Source: Acidimicrobiales bacterium (GTDB lineage: Bacteria; Actinomycetota; Acidimicrobiia; Acidimicrobiales; VFJN01). Taken from it: a stretch of DNA of 64,000 nt. The first letter of the stretch is position 1, and each line of letters begins with the position of its first letter. A program made the position numbers and the translations under genes. This document shows, in pieces, positions 55,928 through 64,000 of the stretch. The stretch covers positions 17,152-81,151 of the forward strand of contig DATFRN010000450.1 in NCBI GenBank assembly GCA_035263165.1, written 5' to 3'. The notes below the pieces were generated by a model. That model did not search any database. It was not told where the DNA came from and worked only from the letters and a program-made list of their open reading frames with translations.

Positions 55928-58900
55928 TCACCACGACCCCGGGATCTCGACGACCTCGCGGTAGGCCACGACCGTCGAGGACGCCGCCGTGCCGTGGTCG
56001 TCGACCGTGACCGGCTCGGCGTCCTCGATCACCACCCGGCGGTCGGCGCCGCTGGTGGGCAGGTCGACCACGCCCGTGTAGACCGCGGCGCCCGTGGCGG
56101 ACGCCGGGGAGAGGACCACGGTCGCCACGTCGTGCCAGCGGAGGTCGGGGTCGCTGACCCCGGTGTCCGCCTCCTGGGTGATCACCCGGACCTGGTTACC
56201 GGCGGCCAGGCCGGACAGCCGCACCGACGCCCGGCCGGCGCCGGGCGCCACCTGCGCCACCGTCACCTCCCGGAGCGCCCCCAGGCGCACCGGGGCGACC
56301 TCGACGGTGGGCGACAGGTTCAGGCCGGGGACGGCGTTGGGCTGGTAGCGGCACACCGCCAGCTGGACGAACGGCCGGTAGCCCACGTCGTCGCCGGCGT
56401 CGACCAGCACGTCGGCCATCCACAGCTTGCGCTCGGGGTCGAACGTCACCTCGTAGCCGGCCACGTCGAGGTCCCCGTCGAGCACCCCGTCGGGGAACGC
56501 GGCCAGCGTCGGGTCGCCGGACGGCCCCGGCCCGTCGACGATCGGGTCGCGACCCCAACGGGTCAGGCCGTCGCCGACCGCCACGCCGAGCAGCTCGCCG
56601 GTGCCGCTGTCGAACCAGGGCCGGTCGAGGAGCAGGCGCACGACCCGGCCGTCGTGGCTGACGGTGATGGCGGTCTCCGTCGGCGTGACCGTCCGCTGGA
56701 CCGCCGGGACGGCCGCGACCACGACGGGCGGGGCGGGGGCGGCCGACGCCGGGACGTCCACCGAGAACCGCTGTCCGTTCCTCGCCTCCAGCGACAGCCG
56801 GCTGACCGGGCGGGGGATGAACTCGACCCGGCACGGGGTGCCCGGAGGCAGCGCGGCGTCGTCGAGGATGGTGAGCGTGCCGTCGCGGGAGACGCGGAAC
56901 TGCGTGCCCCGTGCCATCGTGGCGCCGTCCTCCCGGCGGGTGAGCACCACCGAGGCGGGCACCACGCCCTCGGCGTGCAGCGCCAGCGGGGCGGCCGGGT
57001 CGGCGGCGAAGTCGATCCGCTCGGTGAAGTAGCGGCTGAACCGGCAGAAGCCCTCGGCCACCACGTCGACCACCCGCCGCCGGGTGTCGCCCAGCTCCAG
57101 CGACGTGGCGTCCAGGCTCGGGGGGTCGTCGCCGTCGACCGGGATCTGCACGTCGGCCACGATCCGCTTGGTGACCTGGTCGACGGGCCCGTCCGTCGCC
57201 GGGTCGTCGACGGTGTCGACCCAACTGCTGCGCAGCACGGCGTGCTCGGTGGTGGGCCGGTGCACGGCCAGCGTGCCGCCGAGCACCACGTCGGTCTGCC
57301 CGGCCTCGGTCCGGTCGCCGGTCATCGAGCGGAGCCGCGGCGGGTCGATCGGCAGCCGCACGGCGTGCACGAGGCTGATCGGCCGCCGGGGCGAGATCGC
57401 CTGGTTGAGGCCGCGGCGGGCGGCGGCCCGCGCCGCGGGGTCGAGGTCCTGGGCCAGCGCCATGTGATCGATCAGGTCGGGCGCCGGCGCCGAGGCCAGC
57501 TCGGCGGTCGCCACCGTGCCCGGGGGCAGCTCCACGGTCACCCGGCGGTCGGCGGCCGAGGTCGTCGGGGCGCCGGTGCCGGCCCGCAGCTCGAGCTGGG
57601 CCGCCTCGACGTCGGGCCAGGTCCCGTAGGACACCAGCTCGGGGTCGGCGGGCACGCCGCCCGGCAACCCGATGAGCGCGGCCCGCCGGGCCACGGGGTC
57701 GGCCAGGTAATCGACGGGTGGCTTGAGCGGGCCCTCGGTCACCTCGTCGCCGACCAGCGCCCCGCCGGCCACCAGCTCGCCGGTCTCGGGGTCGACGAGG
57801 GTCTGGTCGGACAGCGACACGGCGTCGCGGGCGACCAGCAGCTGGTAGGACTCGGGCGTCTTGTCGTTGCCGCCGCCCGGCAGGTCGTGGCGCTCCAGCC
57901 GGCTCTGACTGATGCGGGGCGGGAACAGCAGGCGGTCGGTGGGCGCGATGTCCGAGGTGGGCTGGTCCAGCTCGCTGCGGATGACCAGCACGTCGGGGAG
58001 GTCGCCCACGCCGGGGTCGGGCCGGGACGCCCGCCGCACCGGCAGCGGCGGCACCAGCGGCGCCAGCCGGCCGAACTGGGTGGGCGGCGCCTCGCCCCCG
58101 GGCGGCGGCACGTCGGCCAGCGCCGGGCCGTTGCCGGCCAGGTCGACGCAGCGGGCGCGCAGCTTGTAGGTCCGCCCGTAGCGCAGCTTGGGCAGCGTGC
58201 CCGGCACGTGGGCGTACTCGACGCCCACGCGGGCGGGGCCGTCGCCCGGCCCGTTCGGGGTCCGCGCCACGACCTCGCCGGCGCCGGTCGAGCTGGCGCC
58301 GACGCGGGGGGTGGAGAGGCTCCACCCTCCCCAGGTCACGACCTGGTCGTCGACCCGCCAGGCCGTCGTGTCCCGGGCCTCGACCTTGGGCGCCGGCTTG
58401 CTGCCCTCCTGGTGGTAGACCACCCCGCTGCCCCCGGTCACGTGCTGCTCGGTGCCGTCGGTGCTCAGCGCGATCGACCCCCAGCCCTCGTCGGGTGGCG
58501 GCAGCACCGTGAGCTTGGTGTTGCGGGGGAACACATAGCCGTCGGGTACCTGGCGGTCGTGCAGCGACAGCCGGTCTGGCGCCACGTCGTCGGCCACGTC
58601 GCAGCGGTAGCCGGCGGTGACGTCCTCGGCGAACAGCTGCGGCGGCACGGCGTTGGGCGTGCTGGTCAGCCAGGCGTCGATGCCGTCCTCGATCTGGCGC
58701 TGGCGGGCCAGCCGGCGCCGCAGGACGTCGTCCAGGTCGCCGCACACGAGCGAGAGGCCCCCCTCCAGCAGCGCCGGGACCTCGATGCCGGCGTCGGGGT
58801 CGGAGGCCGCCGCCACCGCGTCGGCCATCTGGCCGACCTGGGTGATGGCGTTGAGCCGGTCGAGCTGGGCGACCGCGTACTTGGCGCCGCCGAGCGCCAG

Positions 58901-59662
58901 CCAGTCGGTGACCCGGAACTCGGGCTGGTCGACCCTGGCCTTGAACGCGCCGTCGACGGCCACCCGCATCGGCACCTCGTCGTGCGGCGTGAGCCCGACC
59001 TTGGCCGGCCAGGTGGTGCGCACGGCGATCGTGGTGACGGGGGCCCCGCCGGGCGGCAGGGTGATCTCCAGGTCGAACACGAGCCCCAGCCCCCGCATCA
59101 GGAACGGGTGGGCGCCGAGCGCGCCCAGCTGGTCGTGGAACTCCTTGGACGGTGCCCCCGGGGTCTCGCCGTCGCCGACCTGGCCCATCCAGTCCTGCGC
59201 CGCCGGCAGCACCGTGTCGAGCAGCGGGCCCGCCGCCGCCCGCACCTCGGCCCGGGTGGCGCGGCCGCCGCCGACGGCGGCCCGGTCCCGCGCCAGGGCC
59301 ATCACCTGCTCGGACAACTCGGCCGAGTCGATGGCCGTGAGGTCGAGGCGCGACCGGTCCCGGAACGTGTACGGCGCGACCGGCACGGCCCGGGGGTCGC
59401 CGAAGGTGGCCCGCCACACCCGGGGGTCGACCGGGGGCGACACCACCGTGGTGGTGGCGCCGGGCCGCACCTTGCCGTTGACGAGGGGCGTGAACGCCAG
59501 CGGCGGGCCGCCGGCCACGAACGCGCCCCAGTCGGCGACGTCGGGGTAGTCGGCGAGCGCGCCCGCCTCCCGCAGCCGGGGGGACAGGTGGACGGAGAGG
59601 AACAGGGTGGCGCCGCTGCGGCCGTTGGGCAGCGGGGTGACGACGAGGTGGTGCACAGGCAT
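55928..59662 (-). CDS. Giant hypothetical protein B (1244 aa), no recognised domain
   Basis: Clean single-frame translation: MPVHHLVVTPLPNGRSGATLFLSVHLSPRL...LRYGRTYKLRARCVDLAGNG...VAYREVVEIPGSW. AAGGGA lies 7 nt before the ATG. I saw no signal peptide, TM helix, P-loop or HExxH. Confidence 0.8.
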   Translation of the reverse strand: MPVHHLVVTPLPNGRSGATLFLSVHLSPRLREAGALADYPDVADWGAFVAGGPPLAFTPLVNGKVRPGATTTVVSPPVDPRVWRATFGDPRAVPVAPYTFRDRSRLDLTAIDSAELSEQVMALARDRAAVGGGRATRAEVRAAAGPLLDTVLPAAQDWMGQVGDGETPGAPSKEFHDQLGALGAHPFLMRGLGLVFDLEITLPPGGAPVTTIAVRTTWPAKVGLTPHDEVPMRVAVDGAFKARVDQPEFRVTDWLALGGAKYAVAQLDRLNAITQVGQMADAVAAASDPDAGIEVPALLEGGLSLVCGDLDDVLRRRLARQRQIEDGIDAWLTSTPNAVPPQLFAEDVTAGYRCDVADDVAPDRLSLHDRQVPDGYVFPRNTKLTVLPPPDEGWGSIALSTDGTEQHVTGGSGVVYHQEGSKPAPKVEARDTTAWRVDDQVVTWGGWSLSTPRVGASSTGAGEVVARTPNGPGDGPARVGVEYAHVPGTLPKLRYGRTYKLRARCVDLAGNGPALADVPPPGGEAPPTQFGRLAPLVPPLPVRRASRPDPGVGDLPDVLVIRSELDQPTSDIAPTDRLLFPPRISQSRLERHDLPGGGNDKTPESYQLLVARDAVSLSDQTLVDPETGELVAGGALVGDEVTEGPLKPPVDYLADPVARRAALIGLPGGVPADPELVSYGTWPDVEAAQLELRAGTGAPTTSAADRRVTVELPPGTVATAELASAPAPDLIDHMALAQDLDPAARAAARRGLNQAISPRRPISLVHAVRLPIDPPRLRSMTGDRTEAGQTDVVLGGTLAVHRPTTEHAVLRSSWVDTVDDPATDGPVDQVTKRIVADVQIPVDGDDPPSLDATSLELGDTRRRVVDVVAEGFCRFSRYFTERIDFAADPAAPLALHAEGVVPASVVLTRREDGATMARGTQFRVSRDGTLTILDDAALPPGTPCRVEFIPRPVSRLSLEARNGQRFSVDVPASAAPAPPVVVAAVPAVQRTVTPTETAITVSHDGRVVRLLLDRPWFDSGTGELLGVAVGDGLTRWGRDPIVDGPGPSGDPTLAAFPDGVLDGDLDVAGYEVTFDPERKLWMADVLVDAGDDVGYRPFVQLAVCRYQPNAVPGLNLSPTVEVAPVRLGALREVTVAQVAPGAGRASVRLSGLAAGNQVRVITQEADTGVSDPDLRWHDVATVVLSPASATGAAVYTGVVDLPTSGADRRVVIEDAEPVTVDDHGTAASSTVVAYREVVEIPGSW

Positions 59663-59675
59663 GTCGGGGTCCCTT

Positions 59676-62495
59676 TCAGGCGAAGGCGTCGCAGTACTCG
59701 TCCCAGACGTCCTCCGGGGAGTAGCGATCGACGAACGATGATCCGGCGGTGGCGCGGGCGGCCCGGGCGTTGCCCTGGCCGTCGCCCATCTCGATCTCCT
59801 GGCGGCCGATCGGCACCGACCCGCCGGCGGCCTTGCCGAGGAAGGTGTCGACGCAGTAGTTGATCGTGCCCTTGAGCACCATCACCTCGGTGGCCGACTC
59901 GTAGGTCAGGCTGGCCACGATCGAGGCGCTGACCGAGACGAGGCCGAGCACGTCGATCGCGCCCTCCAGCGACACGGCGCCGGTGAAGGTCACCTCGCGG
60001 CCCGACAGCTTCCAGTCCGCCGCCAGGCGCAGGGTGAAGCTGGCGCTGGCGACGAAGATGTCGAAGTCGAGCATCTCCCAGTAGACCGACACCCCCATCG
60101 ACGTGGTGGGCGGGACGGGCTGGTCCTTGCCGTTGAACGCCAGCGCCAGCTCGAGCCAGAAGGTGGCCCCGAACATCAGCACGTCGATGTCGATGGGGCT
60201 GGACCGGCGCCCGATCCCCACCGCCAGCGAGCCGTCGCCCTCGCCGAGGGGTAGGTCGAGGCCGAGCAGGACGGAGAAGTTCTTGAGCTCGGCCACGCCC
60301 AGCGGGACGTCGGGCACGGTGAGCGAGCTGTCCAGGTCGACGACGTCGCCCACGATCTTCAGGTCGACGTTCCCCATCCCCAGCTTGTCGACCAGGGCCA
60401 TCAGCAGGGACAGGAGGCCGCTGAAGTCCCACGACCGGATGCTGGGGACGATGTCGGACGAGCCGTCCGAGCTGATCGTGCCGACCAGCGAGGCGAAGTC
60501 GGCCGTGACCACCGCCGGGTGCACCTCGGGCGGGAAGTCGAGGAAGAAGTTCTCCAGCCGCAGCTCGGTCTCGAACGACGCCTCGATGCTGTCGTCGAGG
60601 CTGGCCACCGTGGTCACGTGGAGGCAGCACGTGGTCTTGCCGGGGTCGGTGCGGAACCCGACCGCGTCGAGGTCGTGCAGCGTCGGGCAGAAGGTGTACT
60701 CGACGGTCACCGTGTTGCCGTCGACCGTGATCTCGGTGCCGGGCAGGCTGTCCTCGATCGTCTCGATCACGGCCTCCAGCAGGATGTTGCCGATGATCTT
60801 GGAGGCGTCGCCGAGCAGCTGGTCGACGGTCCAGGTATCGGTGGGCGAGTCGATGTCGAGGCTGGCGCCGACGGTCTGGTTGAAGACCTCGGCCACCATC
60901 TCGTACTGCGCCACCCCGCCCACCGGGCTGTCGCCACCGATCAGCGACGTCACCCTCTCGGCCAGATCGAGGAACGCCAGGTCGAAGTTCCCGGTGAGGT
61001 CGTTGCCGGCCTGGAGCCAACGCTCGTGGAGGGTCGCCCGGACGAGCTGGCCGGTGGCGCCGGTGGGCGAGCCGACCTGTTCGTGGACGACGTCGGCGTC
61101 CTCCAGCGCGCCGAAGACCGCGGGCGAGCGCGCCGCCTCCAGGTCGGCCGCCGCCGTGCCGTCCGCGGGCCCCTCCCAGGCCAGCCGGAACCGGTGGGTG
61201 GCCCGGGACGGCCGGCCCCCGCCGACCGGGTCGGCGTAGGCCACCCGCTGGCCGCCGAGGTCGACCTCGCGGCGGGACAGGCGGTCGACGGCGGCGGCGA
61301 TGGCCCCTGCGGGGGAGCCGTCGGCGCCGGTCTCGTAGGCGTGGTCGTCGTCGATGAACGTGGCCGGGAGCGAGAACGCCACCGTCTCGCCGGCGCGGTC
61401 GGTGCAGTGGTAGTCGACGACCAGGTCGGCGCCGCCGTCGGTGGCCACGACGTCGGACACCCCGTCGACGCCGGTCAGTGGGACCAGCTTGACCGGCGTC
61501 GTCTCGCTGGTGGTGGCGGTCAGGCTGACCAGCGGCAGGCCCCGGCCGTCGTCGCGGGCGCCGGTCCGGTCGCCGGCCACGGTCGGCTCGACGATGGTGA
61601 GGAAGCTCTGGACCCGCAGGGCGGCGGCCTGCTCGCCGTCGGTGTCGTCGACGATCACCCGCTCGGACGTCTCGGCGATCGCGGCCCGGTGCCCGAACGG
61701 CAACAGGTAGCCGAGGGCCTGGACCTGGACCTTCACGTCCCGCCCGGCCGCCATGGCGTGGTCGTAGAGCGCGACGCCGAGGTCGGCGGCCCACTCGCCG
61801 TGGAGGGCTGCGGTGGCGCCCGAGGAGGACAGCCACAGCCGCCGCGCGGCCAGCGGCGCGACCTGGGTGGTGTTGTCCACGATGGCGGCCCGGTCGTCCG
61901 CGTCGGGCAGCGGGTTGTCCTGCTCCGTGAGGAGGTCCTCGGCGGTGGCCTGGATGGCGGCCAGCTCGACGGTGCCCGGCTCCCCGCCCGCCGGCTCGAC
62001 GCGGGCGGTCCACACCTCGACGGTGGGGCCGGCGGCGACCGGCAGGCGGGGGGCGGCCAGCCGGGCGGCGGACACGGGGCTGAGCCACAGGCCGGTGGGG
62101 ACCTCCAGGGCGGTGACCGTGCCGTCGGGGGGATCCTCGGACGCCTGTCCCGTCAGCCCCGCGGTGGCCTCGGCCGCGGCCAGGATGCCGTCGACCGTGA
62201 ACGGGAAGGGGTCGACCACGGGCACGACCACGACGCTGGGGCCGGCGGCGACGTGGTCGACGCCCGCGACCGGCACCGCCTGGGTGTCGCCGAAGGCGGC
62301 CTCGGCGCTGTGCTGGGACCCGAAGGTGAGCCGCATCTGCGATTCGGGGCCCAAGGGACGCACCGTGTCGCCGTCGAGCTCGGCGGCGACCAGCTCGACC
62401 ACGATGTCGAGCTGGTCCTCGCTCCGCACCAGCCGGCGCACGGTGACGTCCGTCTCGGCCCGCCCGAAGCTCTCTCGTACCTCTGTGCTGACCAT
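59676..62495 (-). CDS. Giant hypothetical protein A (939 aa), no recognised domain
   Basis: MVSTEVRESFGRAETDVTVRRLV...LGYLLPFGHRAAIAETSERVIV...SFVDRYSPEDVWDEYCDAFA. It is acidic and V/T/D/G/L-rich. It ends 13 nt before gene B. Confidence 0.8.
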   Translation of the reverse strand: MVSTEVRESFGRAETDVTVRRLVRSEDQLDIVVELVAAELDGDTVRPLGPESQMRLTFGSQHSAEAAFGDTQAVPVAGVDHVAAGPSVVVVPVVDPFPFTVDGILAAAEATAGLTGQASEDPPDGTVTALEVPTGLWLSPVSAARLAAPRLPVAAGPTVEVWTARVEPAGGEPGTVELAAIQATAEDLLTEQDNPLPDADDRAAIVDNTTQVAPLAARRLWLSSSGATAALHGEWAADLGVALYDHAMAAGRDVKVQVQALGYLLPFGHRAAIAETSERVIVDDTDGEQAAALRVQSFLTIVEPTVAGDRTGARDDGRGLPLVSLTATTSETTPVKLVPLTGVDGVSDVVATDGGADLVVDYHCTDRAGETVAFSLPATFIDDDHAYETGADGSPAGAIAAAVDRLSRREVDLGGQRVAYADPVGGGRPSRATHRFRLAWEGPADGTAAADLEAARSPAVFGALEDADVVHEQVGSPTGATGQLVRATLHERWLQAGNDLTGNFDLAFLDLAERVTSLIGGDSPVGGVAQYEMVAEVFNQTVGASLDIDSPTDTWTVDQLLGDASKIIGNILLEAVIETIEDSLPGTEITVDGNTVTVEYTFCPTLHDLDAVGFRTDPGKTTCCLHVTTVASLDDSIEASFETELRLENFFLDFPPEVHPAVVTADFASLVGTISSDGSSDIVPSIRSWDFSGLLSLLMALVDKLGMGNVDLKIVGDVVDLDSSLTVPDVPLGVAELKNFSVLLGLDLPLGEGDGSLAVGIGRRSSPIDIDVLMFGATFWLELALAFNGKDQPVPPTTSMGVSVYWEMLDFDIFVASASFTLRLAADWKLSGREVTFTGAVSLEGAIDVLGLVSVSASIVASLTYESATEVMVLKGTINYCVDTFLGKAAGGSVPIGRQEIEMGDGQGNARAARATAGSSFVDRYSPEDVWDEYCDAFA

Positions 62496-62553
62496 GGGCG
62501 AGCACGCTCGGCGCCGGCCGTTAACCGCCCGCGAACGGGGCGGACCTCCCCGC

Positions 62554-63099
62554 CTACCAGGGGTCGCCGGGCCGATCGTCGCAGGTCAGGGGCAGGTCGA
62601 GGGCCAGGCCGGCGCTGGGGCCGAAGCGCAGGACCATCACGGCGTCGTCGTCGTCCGGGGTGGGCTCGCGGCCGGCGGGGCGCGCCACGGAGGTCGGTCC
62701 CCGCCAGCGCTCCCAGCCGAGCCGGGCGTAGAACCCGTGGCGCCCGGTGGCGAGCGCCCCCACCTCGGCGGCGCCCCGGACCAGCTCGCCGGCCCGGGCC
62801 ATCACGGTCGACCCGACGCCCCGGCCCTGCCGTGCGGGCGCCGTGGCCACGGCCTCGACGTACCCGGCCCGCAGCGCCCGCTCGCCGGCCACCAGCACCC
62901 GCCCGACCACCGCGGCGTGGCCCACGACGCTGCGGTCGCCGTCGCCCCGGTCGTCGAGAGCGAGCACGTGCACCCCGCCGAGCGCGTGGTCCCAGTCGTC
63001 GTCGCCGAACTCCCCGCCGAACGCGTCGACCAGCAGCGCCCGGACCGCGGCCAGCTCGCCGGCCGTCAGCTGCCCGGTGGCGGCGGTGCGGATCTCCAC
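62554..63099 (-). CDS. GNAT acetyltransferase resembling aminoglycoside 2'-N-acetyltransferase AAC(2')-I
   Basis: 181 aa from GTG 63099: ...FGGEFGDDDWDHALGGVHVLA...AGYVEAVATAPARQGRGVGSTVM...GFYARLGWERWRGPTSV...TPDDDDAVMVL...LTCDDRPGDPW. From memory it aligns with mycobacterial AAC(2')-Ic along its whole length. Confidence 0.8.
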   Translation of the reverse strand: MEIRTAATGQLTAGELAAVRALLVDAFGGEFGDDDWDHALGGVHVLALDDRGDGDRSVVGHAAVVGRVLVAGERALRAGYVEAVATAPARQGRGVGSTVMARAGELVRGAAEVGALATGRHGFYARLGWERWRGPTSVARPAGREPTPDDDDAVMVLRFGPSAGLALDLPLTCDDRPGDPW

Positions 63100-64000
63100 T
63101 ACGGCAACAGCCCGGCCACCACGGTGTCGGGGAAGTAGCGGTGGTGGCGGGCGCCGGTCACCTCGTAGATCGCCGTGCCCGTGCGGCCGTCGTCGGCGCG
63201 GAAGCGGACCTGGTTGAGCCCGCCCCGGTGGAACGGCTCGTAGGGCCGGTCGAAGGTGCCCTCGGCCTCGACCGCGATGCGGCGCCCGCCCTCGAGCGTG
63301 AACGTCGCCGTGCCGGCGATGCCGGCCACGTCCTCGCCGTTGGTGCCGTAGGCGGCCGGCCCGCCGTCGGCGCCCCGCCAGGCGAGCTCGTGGGCGAAGT
63401 CGACCACGGGCACCGGGTCGGACCCGTCGGCGCCGGCCCAGCAGCCGTCGGTGTAGACGCGGGCGCCGTTGGCCAGCTCCCAGTGCCACACGCCGAGGAA
63501 CCCGTCCTCGAACTGGAGCTGGAGCCACATCCACAGCGGGCAGCGGCCGTGGTCGCGCACGCCCCACGAGTGGTCGCGCTGGCCGGTCCAGCCGTCGACC
63601 TCCCGGGTGTCGCCGCCGACCGTGTAGGTGCCCGTGTAGCGGCCCGACTGGAGGATGTGCGACTGGTCCCAGACCAGGCCGTCCGCCGCCCGCATCGTGC
63701 CCCGCCGCAGCCCGTAGGCCCGGGTGCGGGCGGTGAAGGTGAGGTCGAGGCCGATCGCCGCCGCCTCGGGGTCGGCCCAGAGGCGCAGCTCCTTCCACGG
63801 CTCGACCACCTCGACGCTCGCCCCCGACACCGCGGTCGTGTGGGGGTCGCCGTCGTCGGGGCGGGCGAGCACGCCGAGGATCTGCTCGCCGCCGACCCGG
63901 CCCATCTGGAGCGAGTCGACCAGCGCCGCCGCCGGCCGGTGGGCCATGGTGAAGAACACGACGTCGCCGTCGCCGGCGGGGTCGTGCAGCTCGAAGAAGT
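63099..64000 (-). CDS. Hypothetical protein, 5' end probably beyond the window
   Basis: The track ORF 63099..63959 stays open upstream to the window edge (…FFELHDPAGDGDVVFFTMAHRP…). W/G/D-rich and beta-like: GRCPLWMWLQLQFEDGFLGVWHWELANG. The stop overlaps the GNAT GTG by 1 nt. Confidence 0.55.
   Translation of the reverse strand, partial: FFELHDPAGDGDVVFFTMAHRPAAALVDSLQMGRVGGEQILGVLARPDDGDPHTTAVSGASVEVVEPWKELRLWADPEAAAIGLDLTFTARTRAYGLRRGTMRAADGLVWDQSHILQSGRYTGTYTVGGDTREVDGWTGQRDHSWGVRDHGRCPLWMWLQLQFEDGFLGVWHWELANGARVYTDGCWAGADGSDPVPVVDFAHELAWRGADGGPAAYGTNGEDVAGIAGTATFTLEGGRRIAVEAEGTFDRPYEPFHRGGLNQVRFRADDGRTGTAIYEVTGARHHRYFPDTVVAGLLP

Noticed and set aside
60633-60659. Possible Walker A in giant protein A (GFRTDPGKTT)
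   Set aside because: The spacing is GxxxxxGKT, one residue too long for GxxxxGK[ST]. I found no accompanying Walker B (hhhhDE). It is probably fortuitous.
55994-62505. Long ORFs 55994..59863 (+, 1289 aa), 56196..59417 (-, 1073 aa) and 59302..62505 (-, 1067 aa) overlapping the giant operon
   Set aside because: All three are Arg/Gly/Pro/Ala-dominated. Only frames 55928..59662 and 59676..62495 give balanced, non-repetitive protein sequence with an SD-like site at the internal junction.

Overview
High-GC segment (about 70% GC, estimated by eye on sampled lines) whose gene content looks like Actinomycetota: MMPL, LLM/F420-type, MmyB, PadR/TetR, AAC(2')-like. It is densely coding. I support about 62 CDS plus a few hairpins and operators. 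I recognised no rRNA, tRNA, CRISPR array, transposase or integrase. Most very long ORFs in the six-frame track are Arg/Pro/Gly/Ala-rich antisense or off-frame shadows typical of high-GC DNA, so I chose real frames by motif content and by start/stop coupling. The backbone is ordinary: prs, dinB, beta-carbonic anhydrase, crotonases, two FxGxxxHxxxW flavin monooxygenases, P450, CDF and MMPL transporters, and a PadR-ABC operon.

Five regions stand out:
1. A two-gene operon of giant proteins (939 aa and 1244 aa, 55928-62495). I could not assign either to any family. It has slightly lower GC and unrelated flanks, and it is my best candidate for an undescribed system.
2. Two unlinked toxin-like proteins that share an N-terminal LQxAGNxxVQRL motif. 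One (47392-49221) carries a clear DUF4157/HExxH core and is translationally coupled to an Lgt-family membrane protein. The other (16120-17349) is Cys-rich with a C-terminal HEGVH, followed by a 92-aa immunity-like ORF and preceded by MmyB-HTH and YjbR genes. No contractile-injection structural genes are visible.
3. Six genes joined by overlapping start/stop codons (50548-55900): NarI-like cytochrome b, a Nas/Nap-type molybdopterin subunit without its own Tat signal, a 4Fe-4S subunit, a Rieske protein with a Tat-like signal, a mini-TM protein and an HPP protein.
4. A herA-sbcD-sbcC operon, archaeal-like but with no nurA in view, behind a perfect 16+16 nt palindrome.
5. A low-GC islet encoding a small secreted protein and a cupredoxin.

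All family calls come from motif reading and memory. No database search was run.
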